Assembly (NCBI GenBank): GCA_017499595.2
Contig: CM039001.1
Coordinates: 124,001-188,000 of the forward strand
DNA length: 64,000 nucleotides
Direction: 5' to 3'
DNA from: Psilocybe cubensis
Lineage: Eukaryota
Positions within the stretch are counted from its first letter, which is position 1, and each line of letters begins with the position of its first letter. Under the pieces are notes generated by a model, which had not been told where the DNA came from, made no database searches, and saw only the letters and a list, made by a program, of their open reading frames with translations. Positions 23,801 to 39,200 of the stretch are shown in pieces. A program made the position numbers and the translations under genes.

Positions 23801-25853
23801 TATCATTTTAGAGTCCATTGACAAATCGTCGTAACTCAGCATCTCTTGGAAGATGGAAGAAATAATGTCATACCCCTGAGTCAACCATGCTTCGAATGTC
23901 TGTCTTCTCGACCAGGATAGTTGGAGCGAACGGCGTACTACGGAACCATGGGAAACAGGAAAGTGAAAACAAAAATGTCACCTGAGCGCCGAAAATCAAA
24001 GCGTTATGTACACTTGTCGCTGTTCCGCTGGACAAGTGACACTTCATTTCACGTATTGTCAGTGCCGTGTGGCGGTCAGATAACAGAAATGTGTGCCTCA
24101 GATTGTCAGATGTACATAACGCCCAGCCAACGATGACTATACTGCACACTGACATACTACATTCAACGTGGAAAGGCAACCGGTTGTTGAAGTAGATGAT
24201 CCCTTTCAAATCCTCTCGATCATGGCAGTACCGCAAAGCAGTGTGTAAAAAGGAGAAAAATTACTCTCCGTTTAATTCTATCGGTCGGAGCCTGCCGCAG
24301 CGGCGCATCACGAGGGGAGGGGGTCCGAGTCGTAAAGCTTATGTTATGTTGCTCCCTTGCTGAACACACAGATAGTCAATTCAGATCCGGAAGGAAACAG
24401 GCGGATCTTGTGTTACATACAGTCTAATAGTATCTTGCTTACGTTCAAAAGGGCCACTGAAAAGTCCCTGATAGGAAGTCAATCAAGACGCCGAACGGCA
24501 TCAAGGAAGAGACCGTTACTTATACAACTTTCTGGATGGGAATAGCGTCAATAATGCCTGGGGTTACAGACATAGCGGTAGCGAGCACATAGTAAAGAAG
24601 CATACATTCCAGAACATAGTTTCTTCCAGCGCTGGAGGTAGCTATGCCCATTTTCCGAAGGAGACATTGAGTGGAGATGAAACAAAGGTTCATATGGTTA
24701 TCCAATACATCTGAATATAACCTTTGTATGGAACGCGTCTCAGCACTAGAGCGACATACAAATAAGATCGCACGCGGTGAATAGCCCTCAAACCCGACGA
24801 CGGAATGCATAGAGGCTCAACCGCAAAAACCATATGGTAAGAGTCACTATGCAATCTGATGCTAAGAAGCCAAGGGCAAAGACAACTCGCCTGCTTCGCA
24901 GTTGTTCTTGAAAGTTCGATTGACAACCTGGGGCAACGGATATCGGAGCCTACACGATAAATATAATGACTGAAGAAAGTTTCAAGAGTCACCAGTCATG
25001 CAGAAGGTCTAATTCTAAAAAGCAACTTTGAATTCGCCCTCTCAAAAGCTTCCGCTGCGTGTCTATAAAATTGCGATGTGTTGACACAATTAATTATAGA
25101 GTCAACTACAACCGCTATGACATCGAGGTATCCTCAAGGAAAGTAAAAGAAAGGTTCAAGGGAAGACCGGTCCCTGAATTGGGGCAATGGCTGTCCTTGG
25201 AAGCAGTTCAAAAAGCTAATTTTGTGAAGGGGTCCCTTAAGCTTGGGAAGAAGCGTGATTCCTTGATCTGATCGGATTCATGATCATAGGCTTCGACGCG
25301 ATATGATAAAGATATGTGATATGATATGTACTTATCCACTACGCACTACGCAGATGAAAAGACGAAGCCAGCTAAGTCTTGAATGAAGCGTGGTCTTGTG
25401 TCGAGAAGTCGATTGACACCCAATAGAAAGCATCAGTTAATCAAGACTACACGACATCCTCCGATATTTTGTCGATATGATACAGACTCTGCCCGGGAGA
25501 ACATATCGATGTCCTGAGAGCGAGGTCAAGGGCATTGGCGAAAATAATACATGACCGAAGCTGAGAATGCAGGGAACAAAGGAAGTTTCGTACAAGTTAC
25601 AGCAGCAGCGGAAATGAAGCAAGGGAAGAGGGAAGGACACGGACGGGTGCGATACGATATGACATGACATGGAAACGAAAAGTGAAAAAGTAATACCAGT
25701 ACCACTACGTACTATTGAATGACATCAACCAACAAGAGAACAATGCGGTTCTCGCATTGTTCGTGGAGAAGCAGGGAAGTTGAATGAGGAATATGAAAGA
25801 ACAAAGGAGAACAGGGAGATAAGCCCGAAACCTATCCATCCATCTCATCCACC

Positions 25854-28800
25854 CTATAGAAAGTAATCCGCAGGAGGTCGTTTCGCAGGTATTGATTTGA
25901 CGTCCTAAAAATACCACACGCCACACCACGAAGCGAAGATCCAAAATTAGGGTGGGAACAATTTTTTTTGCGAAAAGGCACGAAACGGCAGCAAGCAAAG
26001 GAAGAATTATGTGCACCGAAAGGATGCAGAATAACAGCGGAAACACGGCGAAAGAGGCGAATAAAAGTCAGTTAAAAATTTCACAGCGGAGGAGAGAAAA
26101 ATACCAAAAAGACGAAAACGTACCACCGGCGCATGGTTAAACACCTTGTATTCCTGTGCCAGATGTTCATCGAGCTCGAGGATGGAGGCTACATTCCCAC
26201 ACCTAAGTATAAAGCATAATCAGAGTTCAGATTACAGCGATAGACACAGCAAGGGAAACGGATAGGGATAAGGGCCTGGAAGAAGGTAGACAGTGAAGCA
26301 CGGCATAACAGTATTTTTAGCATAAAGGGTTTATGAAATCATCCCTTGGGAACGCCTGTGCGCATGACACTGAACGGAAGTACAGTAAGGAAAAAGAGAA
26401 GAGAACACAACGCCACGCCACGCCACGAACTGCGACGAAAGACAGCTAACGGTCCCCGAGTTAACGGTGCGCCGTTGTTCTGCACCCTAGAAAAATTTTG
26501 GACACCACAGCACAAAAGAACACTCAGGCCAGGAGATAGGATAATGTCCAGATGTTGAGAAAACGGCCCACGATCTTATTTGATTGCATGGGTCCTTTTT
26601 CTTTTTGCAAGGTGCGGTACATGCGGCAAGAAAAGAAGCATGCTTTCCGTGGTATAGCATGGATGACGATGAGAAGAAGAACGGCCGTAGACCATAGATA
26701 ACCCGAAGTGAGGGAGAGAAACGAGGTGTGAAGAAACGAGGCAGGGCGAAGACAGTGTGAGGACGTAAAGAAATGACGGTCGGGACAAGTGACATGGTAA
26801 TGGGATCATGTAATGCACAGCAAGACGAGTCAAAAACGAGGCAGACACGCACGCTCAAGAGATTTAGAAATCCAATGACGCCCACCAAAAAAAGATAAGA
26901 AAAAGAAACGCGAGGCAGAAAATGCGACGCCCAGAACAAGGACAAGAAAAAAATAATAATTCAAGGCAATACGCACCGATAACAGTAATTCGGTGCGCTC
27001 CAGACAGTCACGATCGTCTGATCAAACATAAGCTTGAATCCTTCCATTGCAAGTTGATGGGCGCGCGCGATGAGGTCGATCGCATTATTATGTGCGAAAA
27101 TCTTCGTCGTGTCCGCACCGAATAAGAAGCCGGCACCGCGCGGCGAAAGACCCCATCCTTGGATATCTACAACGAAAATTTAGAAAAAAATCAACTTCTC
27201 TGTCCCATTGCGAAGAAGAACTAGAGAAGGAGCGGGAAAAGAGCGCAGGCGAGAGCGAGAAACTCACCATCTGGATCGGACCACAGCAGATCACACATAG
27301 GCCCGTCATGCGGCACCTCCTGTTTTCGGTCTATAGCGCGGATCTACAAAAACGGAAAGGAAAAAGAAAGGTGCGTTATTAAGTATACAAATTTTTAACG
27401 GGGTGCAGATGATCATGAGCCGTGCATGACGAGATGATTAGCGTAAAAAGTGAAGTTCAGACAATGAAGGGCGGGTACGGTACATGAGCCCCGGCCTCGT
27501 TGACCGACGGGCCCGATCATGAATGCAATGGATGATGACGATGCTAATCAGGCAAGCCGACCCCCTGCAACATACCCCAAAATGAAGTGCAAAAAATAAA
27601 ATAAAAAGCAGAATAAAGATATCTCGCTCACCTGATCAATACTATTCAAATTCGGACTCAACCCTCCATGCACACAAAACACCCTACCATCCACAATCGC
27701 GCCCAGAGCAAGGTAATCAAACACCTCACAGCACCACCGCCACACATTGCTGCTACCATACTTCCTCTGACATTCGTCGTAAAAGCCGTACACCTGCGTG
27801 ATCTGCCGCGACTCGTGGTTGCCCCTAATAAGCGTGATGCGCTCCGGGTAGCGCACTTTCAGCGCGAGGAGGAGGAGGAAAGTTTCGACGCTGTAGAAGC
27901 CTCTGTCGACGAAGTCGCCTGTGTTGTTTGGGTGGTTTGATTGATTGATTGAGGGTGTGCGTGGGTGTTCATGGGTGTGTGCGTGGGAAGAATAGAAGCA
28001 GGATGGTTCGGGTGTTGTTGGAGTAGATAGATGGAGGTTAGGAGGAGTCAAGACGGAACATGCGAAGCATTATTCCGGTGATGGGTGAAGACACAATTAT
28101 GACCATGAGCGCGAGACAGCGCGGAGTGGCAGTGAGGGTGAGAGCGGCGGTGTGTATGTCGAAGACGGTTAAGGCGGGTAAATCGAAGCACCGCCGTTGT
28201 GATATTGATAGACGCATACGCAGCGGGTAGATAATCAAAAGTGGGTGTCGCAGAAAGAGAGAAACAAGAATAAGTCAGCATATTTCACGTAACCCAGGCA
28301 CAGTAACAAGGTTGATTAATACTCAAGGGAGAAACGAAAGCAACGAAAATCGACAAGGGGGAGCAACGAAAGCAAGAACGACAGATTGCGCAGTATTAAC
28401 GTACCCATGAACAAATAGTTGGTCTCTGGACAGAACCCGCCGACCTTGAACAGCTCCATAAGGTCGAAAAACTGACCATGGATATCTCCACATATCTACC
28501 CGTCGATGTCGATGCAAGAGAAACCGCAAAAGATAGATAACGGGTGGGGGAAGTTATGATTCGCCGGTCGAGGTGGTAACCAACAAGAAAAGAAACCCAT
28601 TAGAAACCCCCACCCCGCAATCCACGAAAACACCAATGATCATAACATTGGCGTGGAGAAAAGAAGAAGTATAGAGTCCATTCGGGGATCGGTTGAAAAC
28701 ATTCAATTTTGGATCGTCGTATTTTAACATGGGCGTGGGGGTGTGAGTTTGTGTATGATAAATGTATGCGTTCGAGTCGTTGTCGTCGCGGCGGAAAAAG

Positions 28801-29828
28801 TCGAGGAGTTGCATTGAAAACCATTTGACGTGATCATGATGGTTTGTGTACCGTGTGGGATCGATACGACGAAAGAGGTTCACAGATTTCGTCGAGCGCC
28901 GAAAGTTGGGTGGGAACCGCCAATATGTCGAAGCACAATTGCAGAAAAAGGAAGAATCAAAGGGAGGTGATGAAGAAAAAAAAACCAAGTCGTCAGGTAC
29001 AGCGCTTGGTATCGTTGACAGATGAAATAAAACAGGTGGGTAGATGGATAAACGAACAACCCAATCCACGTTCGAATCAGGATGCAGATCTTCTTGTGCT
29101 CCACTTTCGAAACAACAACAATACCGCCAACAAAGGGAACACAAAGTGAAGTGCCAAACCGAAAAAAAAGTTTCAATTCCAAACAAGAAAAAATACGCAC
29201 CGTTACAGGCGAATCCACAACTTGGACGTTTCCCTCTTCAATCAGAATCTCCCGAGCCTTCAAACATAGCCGCTTGACCTGTTCCTCCGAAATAGGCTCG
29301 CACCGCGTCAGCTGCTCTATCTGTCTGCGATCCCAATATCAATCCAGGAGGGTATATCGCGGTAAATCGTTGATCATGCGCATGGTGAAGTATCGGGCGG
29401 TTCGTATATGCGTCGCAGCCATCCCGTCGAGTCATATCCATGACGTAGTGAAGGCCAGATGACAGAACGGGTCGTCGATGGCGTCGAATTGGTTGCGTTT
29501 TGTCGTTGTATGGGGAATATATCGACGTTGTGATTGACGACAGCGACGGGCGAACAATGGAAGCACCAATCCAATCCATGAAAGCCGGGAAACCAAAAAT
29601 GACAAATCCAGTACATTCGTTCATAGCAGAACGCAAAAAAATCGTGACATCGGTGGTTTTGGAAGTGTGATCATCAAACCCAAACCAAATCAAAATATAG
29701 AAAAAAGAGGAGCAAAGAGCGGATGTGTTCAGAAAAATAAGAGTATCATTAGTTAGACATCATCAACGCACAGAGATAGTGAAAAAAAAAGCAAAGTATA
29801 GAACTCACTTATCGAGATCGCTAGGCAT
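25854..29828 (-). CDS. PPH3: Ser/Thr protein phosphatase PP4 catalytic subunit (8 exons)
   Basis: [67 protein letters not shown]. The C-terminus [11 protein letters not shown] is PP4-like. Confidence 0.9.
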
Positions 29829-31086
29829 TAAATGTAAACGTATCACCAATAACCCAAGATATCCTCCAGAATCCCAACCCGCGATGCCTTTAAACGTGCA
29901 CGCGTTTCGCGTCTATCAAGTTCTAAATGAACCAACCAACCAACCAAGGAGAAAGAATACCTCTCTATCACGTCTTATTCCGTCCTTAACCCTATCCCGA
30001 CACTTCCAAGATGAGATACACCGTAAATGGGAGCAGGAGAGTGTGATGATGGTCGGTGTAGGAAGACAAAAGCTAGCCGCTGCACCACACCGCACGGTGC
30101 ACGGTGCACGGTACAAGCGTGACTTTCCCGGATGCAAAATAAATTATCGCATCATCCGGAAAGGGCACAGCCACGGAGCATCATCATCAACTCTATGCTC
30201 CGAATCCTTACCCCAACCCTGTGCGCTAAAGCCTAAAGATCCTACACCACGGCGACTGACCCTTACCCACTTACCAAAAAATCAATCAATCAATCAATCC
30301 AAACGAAAAGCCGACGGTAAAACCGTGCTCCAACGAGTCAACGACCCCGCCAATTTCATTTCAGCGGTACCGTTACCGTACAATACCCCTGAAATTTCAT
30401 TTCATTTCAGCGTAAGTATGCAGTAAGTAGCTAAAAAGTTCATTTCCAAAACCAAAACCAAACGCCTCGGAGAAAGGTCATCAGAGCACAGATTGCATTG
30501 AACTTGAAATCGACCAGTGTTAAATTTTAATTTCGACTACGACCATGGGGGTTTATACAATGTACACTACAGTTAACGACAATCAATATGTAGATGACGT
30601 CGAGTAAAAAGTAAAATTTGAGGTGTTTATCGAAAGCTAGCTAGCAAGGGGCAAAGACAAGGACAAGGACAAAGACATGGACAAGGACAGGACAAAAAAA
30701 AGACGGGTTTTCAGTATGTAAACGGCATGTAAGCATGTAAGTATGTAACAGAGAAAAAAAAACAAACCAAAAAAAGCAAGAAAAGAAATCTGAATCCAAG
30801 AAAGAGAGTGAACATGTACAACGATACAAGCTAAACAACAAGGGAGGGTAGATTGCGTTGTGTTTGTTGGGATAGAAATAAATAGTGTTGATGCTCAGCG
30901 ATGGTAATGGAGACAACACCCCACAAGCACAATAGCGCATAAGCGGGGGTGTAGATAGTACAAAGAGACCCAAATTTCTAGAAGATGTATATGACAAAAT
31001 GGCATAAGCCAAACAAAAAAGAGAAGCACGACACAGACAGAGACAGAGAGAAAAAAAATCAAAAAAGAAAAAAGCAAAAGACGAAC

Positions 31087-33259
31087 TCAAACGAGCGTAG
31101 CACCGACACTCCTCCTCATCCCACTCTCCGTCTTCCACGCACCATGGCTCAACGAATGATGCGCATGAGGATGCGCATGCTGACTCTGATGTCCATACTG
31201 CTGCTGATGATGCCCATACTGCTGTTGCTGCTGCTGTTGCTGATGATGCTGCTGCTGATGGTAATACGAATCACCACCCATCGGCTGGGACTGCGTATGA
31301 TGGATATACGACGACGCCTGCACCTGAGCCGCCTGAGCCTGAGCTTGAGCCGCCTGCGCCTGTGCATGCGCCTGACCAAACGGCAACGGCAGCCTATGCT
31401 GCGCCTGCTGAGGCTGCGGCTGCATAACACCCACATCCGACTCTCTCCTCAAATACCTCTCCGACTGCTGCTGAATAGGCGCCAAAATCGGTGGCGGGCT
31501 CGCGTTGAACCGTGCCCCCGAAACACTGTTCCCAGCGACGACACTTGTGCTCGATGTCGGCGAAACCGATCCCGACGCGGACGTCGCGCCATGCAGACTC
31601 GACGTATACCCCAAAGTCTGCTGATGCGCATGATGGTGCTGCTCAACAGACTGCTGCGGTTGTTGAACCATACTATGGTGATACGAGCTACCTTCCACCT
31701 GCTGCTGCTGCTGCTGATGTTGGAAAACAGAGTAGGACGAGGGCGAGGCAGAACCTGCACTCGACGACTGCGGGTGCTGTGAATACGAAGCCTGCGATTG
31801 CGGATGCGAAATGTGCGAGATAGAGTGCCGCGAGTGCGGGCTGTGCCCCCGGCTCTGGCTCTGCTGCCCCTCCTGCTGGATCGTCGCAATAGGCGGGTAC
31901 CCATCATGCTGCACCGAAGACGACGACGACGACGATGCATACCCTCCAACCGACGACGAGTGCGAATGAGAATGAGAATGCGAATGCGAAGACGAGGACG
32001 AAGCGCCCGGAGAGGCAGACGACGAAGACGAGGACAGGTGCGGCGCAGGGGCTATCGGCGTGGTATGCACGTACGTATACCCCGCACCGTTCCCGCTCTG
32101 GCTCGGCGACTGCTCCTGGTACGTCGTCGTCGCATGCCTATAAGAATAGCCCGAGCTGGAACTCGAGCCGTTGGTGGTGCTATTATTACCGTGGTGACTC
32201 GTGTTCGCGTTGGAGTAACTCTGGCTTTGACTTTGATTCTGATTCTGGGAATGCGAGGACATCGGTGCCATGTGGTGTGTCTGCTGGTGGTGGTGGTGCT
32301 GAGAGTGAGATTGTGAATGCGAATGATGCGGGGAGGAAGACGAGTACGAGGAGAGCTGCGGCGACGCGGCCGATGCGGACAAGGGCGAATGGGATCCCGT
32401 GCGCAGCGGCAGCGGCAGTGTTGCTGTTGCAGGTAAAGTAGCGTGGGCGAGCGGAGGTGGCGAGTCTGGAGGGCTCACGTCGTGGTGTCCGTGGTGGTTT
32501 TGGGTGTGGTGGTGCGAGCCGTGGTGGGCGTACAGACGTGCAGGCTCGAGCGCAGGGGGAGGAGAGAGCGGTGGGGTCACAGGAAGACTGGGTTCCATAG
32601 ACAAGGGTGTAGATGCGGTGGTGTGGTTGTTTGACCCATTTGAAGAGGGTGTAGCAGATGAGGAGGGCGGGGGAGGCAGTGAGCCTTTCTTCAAGATGCG
32701 GCCAGTTGAGCCTGCGCGAGTCGAGCTACGGCGAGATCCTGGAGAAAGGTGGATCCGATAGCTGTGTAGAACAGCAAGTCAGCGCTGTGTCGAAATAGCC
32801 GAATATCCCAAAGACACCATAACCAAAGCTCCAATACAACATCACCACAAGGAAGAAGAAGGGGGAAAATCAGAACGGAAGAAAAGGAAAAGAGACGTAC
32901 TGCTGCTGCAAGTTGTCCTGGCGCGAGCACCGCGTTTCGCAACCGGGGAAGGGGCATTTGTGGTTGCGTTCACCGGTGTGTACGCGAGAGTGCCTGGCGA
33001 GATGGCCGCTGGTGGTGAACGCCCGGTCACATGTACCGCATACGTGCTTCTTCTTGGCGCCCGGGGTTGTACTGGCTGCGCTGCTGCTTGTATTGCTGCT
33101 GTTGCTGTTCGAGTGACTATGGTGGGTCTGGTGGGCGGAGACGGGGGAGAGCGGTGGGGACGCAGAGGATGAGGACGAGTCGTGGAGATATTGGGAGTTG
33201 GAGAACTGTGAGTGGTAGAACTGGGCGGATATGTGTTTGACAGACTCGACGCGAGGCAT
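31087..33259 (-). CDS. Two-finger C2H2 transcription factor, Nrg1-like, with long Ser/His/Gln-rich tail (intron ~32762-32900)
   Basis: [49 protein letters not shown]|YRIH joins in frame to the 535-aa ORF. Confidence 0.88.
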
Positions 33260-36200
33260 GGCTGTTTGTCGAGAGAGGAGAAGTGGAAAAGTGTGCTAAG
33301 GGAAAGGCCAAAAAGCGAAGATGGGCGGTAAATATAAAGAGATCACGACTCGCGCTGTGGATCTGTCAGTGCTGCAAAAGGGGGATTCTTGGCGCATGAG
33401 AATTGAATAAAATAAAAAACATTAATTCCGTTTTAGACACTGTCAATTTGGGAACATATCAAAACGAATAAATAAATTCTTCCATCAATTTCTTCTCTTT
33501 TAGGTTAAAATCCGTGCCCATCGAAGCCCCCAAATCTAAGGCACGTGGCAACCAGCCTGGCTTCCTTCCTCCAGCCTTTTGCGATGCCTGCCTCCTCTGC
33601 CTCACCCCCCAAAACATTTGTTTTGTCTCGTCATAATTATATCGGTCCCATAGCCGCATTCGCATCATCCACTTCCTGGGCCCTTCTTATCTCTTTATGC
33701 CTGCCTCCCAGTTTCCCCACAAACATCCTGCCCTCGTCCTTGTAAAAATAATAATAGCCTTCTTTCTTCTCGTGTTTCACCGTTGACGCATTCTTGCATA
33801 CGCACAAACTAGAACCCATACGCCAGACTCCAAACCAGACCCAAAGGTGCGTTTGTCCTCTCTTTGTCAGGCACCAATTTCCGTCATTCGTACACGTAAA
33901 AATTTGCCACTAGATAATATTCGGTTCGCCAATTAGATCGCCTCTCTCCACCATCCCCTGTCGTCTTTCGTCCAATCATCCAACAAAAAAAGTTACATAA
34001 CCCATCCCAATACATACAAAACATACATACCTCTCTCAACCAGCACAACACAACACTGACGGAATGTTGACTACACATACAGTCACCCTTCCCCATACGT
34101 TTTAGGTCTGGCTATCATATCAATTCATCTATTTATCTGGGTCACGGACATCTTTTATGTATCTATCTATACATCTCTCCAGTCTACAGATCCCGTTTCC
34201 GCATATTCCAGATCCTGGGAAACGAGATGATACTTCTACCTCCGTTAGGGTCTTCCCCCCTAGTCCCTACACAGTCTTGTCCGGCTCACACCCTCCTTAC
34301 TGGCTGCACCCACCCGAATGCGGTGGGCAAGGCATCCACCTACGGCTCGGCTTACTGGGGAAGTCCGATATTTATCGGTCTTCACCGCATCGATTTCGAT
34401 CACTCCAAATTCAATTCAATTCAATACATTGCATTTTGGCATTCCGCCGTTCGTTCCTCTCAGAGTTGATCAGGAGGGATGAGAGGGGGGGGCGGTTAAG
34501 TCAGTGCGTTCGTTCATACACTGTTCATACATACGTACGTTAATTTCCCTGCGTTGCGCTGTTTCGGCTTTTCATTCAAAAGGTGAACTGCACATGAATC
34601 TAGTCTAAAAGAGGGAATCCGGGACCGACACGACCAAAGATGCGAATTATGAATTTGTTGCCACGCCGCCGCCCGCGTTCGCGCTAGCACAACAGCAACA
34701 GCCTCGCTCACCTCACCAGTCTAAAGTCTCCCGCACGCACTCCCCAGCAGTCCGAACGCTGCGACAGCGATACGTACGATAAGTAATATACGCACATTAC
34801 TCATTGAAAAACTCAGAAGTCGCTCTGCACATGCACAACGCTTCTCTGCCTGCATATAGCAAATACCTAATCCATCTGGCATCAACGGCGTGTGTGCGTG
34901 CGCCTGCCTTGTTTTCAAACTTCAACGACAATCTCGCGTTCTTCGCCTTCTCAAATTCTCAAATTCTCGACTTCTCATATTCCCAATCCCCGAAAAGGGC
35001 GGGGGGTCATCCCCGACTCCTGTTACTATCAGATATAATAATATAAGTAGTCAGATACTATCGGAGGCATCGCGGGAGTCTTGTATTACTATTACTATTA
35101 GATGTTATTACTATTACTACATACTAGTCAGGTGAGGTTCTTGTTCTATCGTACCAGGCCAGGATCGGCGATAGACGCCGTGACGTCTGAGACGGCGTCA
35201 GTAAGGCCATCCACTTTACCAAGAGCATCAATGAGAGATAAGTGATTATGTACATACGTGCTTAGATTAAGAAGAACAAGAACAAGAAGTCGGGCCAATA
35301 TTACATAGGAAGAAGTGCATATACGTATACATACAATGGCAGATGCTACCTGTAACCTGAGTGCCATTTTGCAATTCATTCCAACATATAGAGCGTTATG
35401 AAAGTCAGTCAGTCAGATCGTATTATATCCCAATGACTCTGAATGAGTAATGATATACCCCAGAGTAGTATCAATCACCATCATTTTGTATGTACCTCGC
35501 CTTCATCGCCATAATATAAACAATCACAATGACGGATGACTCGTAGTCGTCAATCCAGAGTACAATGATGACTACAATACAATGCAGTGCAAGTAAAGCA
35601 TATACGACAGAGACGCGATACAAATTAATCCCGAAACCAAGTTGCCTCAATCCGTTAACTTAAGGTTTCCAACTTTGTTTATCTCAATCTCCATCCCAGC
35701 GCTAAATCAAAGTCAGTAAAACAATCATGATCTATCAGATCATGGATGTTCCATCCACACCCAACGTTGGCAATTGATAATCGGAATCAACACCGGTATC
35801 TTTAATAAAGGACCCCTCTTTCAATTAAGTGTTCAGTATACAAGACTTATCAGTCCACCCACGACGGACAACTTGAAAAATTGCAATCAATTATCGCTGA
35901 TTACACTCGTACGTGCGGCATCATCACCCAACGGACAAACACACACGTATCCAATGCGCACGGTACCACGCGCACCGTCCCATCGCCAAACCCCTCTCCC
36001 GACCGAACGCTCCGACGCAGAGCAGTCACACCGACCGACAAACGCGATGCATAAGTAGTGACTGTCCAGTTGCTTAAAAATCCAGCAAAAAAACGTCATA
36101 TGTTCACCAGAAGCGTTGCACAACCGTGGGCGGGTGGGGCTTCGTATTTTCCCGTTTTCCCGCTCCACTGACAGACGAAGCGTAGCGCACAGACCACACC

Positions 36201-39200
36201 ACCCACACTCCCAACTCACACTTCACTTCGCAGAAATCTATCCCGCGAGGGCAGGCACGCGGATGAGGTCAGAGATCCAGTCTACAGGCTGATACTCGAT
36301 AGTTGATAACTATCAGTATACCGTCATAACCCACAGCACAACAAAAGAAATCTTGAGTCTTGAGACCTCGACGCTACGCACCCCCTGAGTGTGACCAACG
36401 AACTTATGAAAGCGCATTTGCAGCATCTATCAAGTGATCATATCACACCGCACAGTCGGTTGTGATTCTGCGAATGGAGGTGCGCGTGTGCCATGCACCA
36501 TGTTTGTTTGTTTTTTTTTTTGGCGGCTAGCGGCGACAAGCAGGCCCGGAATGAACATGTCGGTGTTAGATTTAGGATTTAGGAGGCCAGGTGGACATAG
36601 CTCGAGGCACGCAGACCGATCTTGGAATTGGGTTGTCCGGAATGACACCTTTAGTTCAGCCTTTTTTCACACAATCGCGTTGGTTGCAAACTCTAGCAGA
36701 ACTCAAAACTATTAGGGAAATACACTGTATGTTTTTTTCTGAACGGTCACAAGCTCCTGCCGAAGAATACTAAAGCGTGTATATACTTAGAAAAGAAGGT
36801 ATATACACTGTGGGAAAAACTTAAACTGAGGCGCCCATTGAACCTTACAAATCGGTTGAACAAAAGAAGTGCGGTAGACAATATACAATCACCAACGACG
36901 CACAACCACTCGATTACAAAAACAATACAAAGGACTATGTACACGATGTGAACTAAAGACGTTGTTCAATTTGAGAAGAAAACCAACGATCACAAACAAA
37001 GAGTGATTCATACACCAGTAAAACTCAACGAGCGCCTTCGGCATACAAGTAATAAAAGAAAGCAGGTTCATTAAACCTCGGAACTCGGTCAGTGTCCAGA
37101 AAGCTGGGGTGCGCTTGGCTGCTAACGATGATCACAGGAAGTCATCGACGAGCACCGACCGACCAGTGACCGACCTCATGTCCAATAATTACATGCCTCG
37201 AGGACATTTAACAATCAGCGAAGCAGAAAAGTCACCTCGCATTTGAATAAAGCTCCAGTCTTTGCTTGCCGCATGCCCAATGCTCCGCTCCCCAAGTCAT
37301 CATGATGAATGCCTTTGAATATAAACATTTATGTCTAGGTAATCAGAACATCGATGACTCCCCTCTAATATGTAAACATACGAAGAAATGGAACGTGAAG
37401 ATTATTAAAGTTCTGATCTAACCTCATGAGAAGCATACAACCTATAGTATTGACCGCTTTTAATGTGCCCGAGATAATGGAAGACTTTTTGGTAAATCAC
37501 AGAATATCTAATCTAAATACTCACCACCTGCCCACAATTTCATCATTGAATGTTATGTCATGTATATAGAATGCAGAGATAGGTGATCATAATTCTGTTA
37601 TCAGAAAACCGCTGCCTAAATACTTGCCTTCTTACAGGTTTCGAACGGTAGTGCAGGAGGTAGGCCGCCGTGAGTATGTATTGAGTGATCAGGAACGGTT
37701 ATTATGTCCGATATCTTGGTGCGACTACATGATTCTAGTACATACTACACTGAACGTGCGTGCAGAAGCCATGAGCTACTCAGTGGAGTACCCTACGCAG
37801 TACGCACACCACAAAACGATTACACTGAAAGACTCCACCCAGTACCAACGCCTACGGCCTCCAAGGCTCTTCAGCGACACTCAGATATCAACACAAGCCA
37901 TCATAACTGAATATCCCACATCTGAACCCGCCCCTACCGGGACTTGATCCTCGAAATTCCTCGTTTCAGGGTTCAGATTTTCCCAAGGCAGAAAAAGAAT
38001 CAAGGTACATTACCAATGGCCTGATCGAGTCGGTGGCTGTGAAATGACAGGGTCTAGGGTCTGCGCTACGGCTCTTCTAGTCCTGACTTATCTCCTTTTG
38101 CATAGATTCGCCTGGGGCGGGGGCCAGCTGGACGACGTAGTAAAGGGGATACGCATAGTTAAGGTCATTGGCGTGATAAATGGATCTCCTTGGACAGCTG
38201 CAGTGCTTTTTTTCTTGGATGAGCTTGTATGAAAGGCTTGAGAGCAGTGCAACAGTGCGAAAAATAGATATGCTAGGTAGAGTTTAAACATATGTGTGGC
38301 GAGAAAAAAGCCGACGGCACTTCTGATTTGCAGCAACTGCGGCGTGACCTCTGAACGTCGGGCCCCACCCAAATTTACCGTTTACTTTTCAAAGACATGT
38401 TGAGGAGCATTTGGCATACGGTGAGCATTACACTGACCAACTGATGCGTTGTGGTGATTTAGCGATTTGTTGACAACCATATACCCACCGTGACCTGGCT
38501 CCATCACGGCACCGCTGATGATGATGCGTCAAAAAGAAATGAAAAAGGAGTACCTCACTCCGCGCAAATCGCGACCCTGCTCGAAGGCGCTCTCCCCACT
38601 ATGGTATCTACGGGATACTCATCTGTGAATGCGCCAACGACGAGAGCAACGTCCCGAACATCCAGCGCCAGGTATCCAACTTAATCCTCTCCACATTGAT
38701 ATTTTTGCATTAAGAACCTTGATGTCTGCTGCTGCTGCACTGAGTATTGAGCAGCTAGACAATACTTGGTTACATTCGCAGTTAGATTCAGATTCGCCGC
38801 CGACATTTTAAAACCACTAAAAATTCAACCATTCACTCTCGGTGCTGACGTTCCGAATGCACGCCCCAGATCCATACAGCAAAAGAAGGAACCGCATTTT
38901 TAGTACCTCTATCTATCTCGGTTTCCTTTCCTCGATGTATTCCCACGTCACTCCAGTTCACTGTTGGAGAATTCAATAAAACGATCGAGTAGTGCTTGAT
39001 TTGACAGTAAGGTTGCTGGAACTCAGTGATTTTTTTACGAAGGTCATTCGCCTAGTTACGGTCATGATGTCGTTGCGTGGCGCACGCAGGCTGATGCGAA
39101 ACATACAAGCGACCACTAGGCGGGTAGGCTTCTCACTCGCTGTCTCATGTAAACCTGGAGTCCCCAGGGCGTGTCAACGTAAAGCGAGATTGTGTCGGTA

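Noticed and set aside
29580-29680. C/D snoRNA candidate in PP4 intron 1 (TGATGA on the minus strand)
   Set aside because: No CTGA D box found at a suitable distance downstream.
30985-32761. Long + strand Arg/Leu/Met-rich ORFs
   Set aside because: Antisense shadows of the low-complexity C2H2 factor tail.
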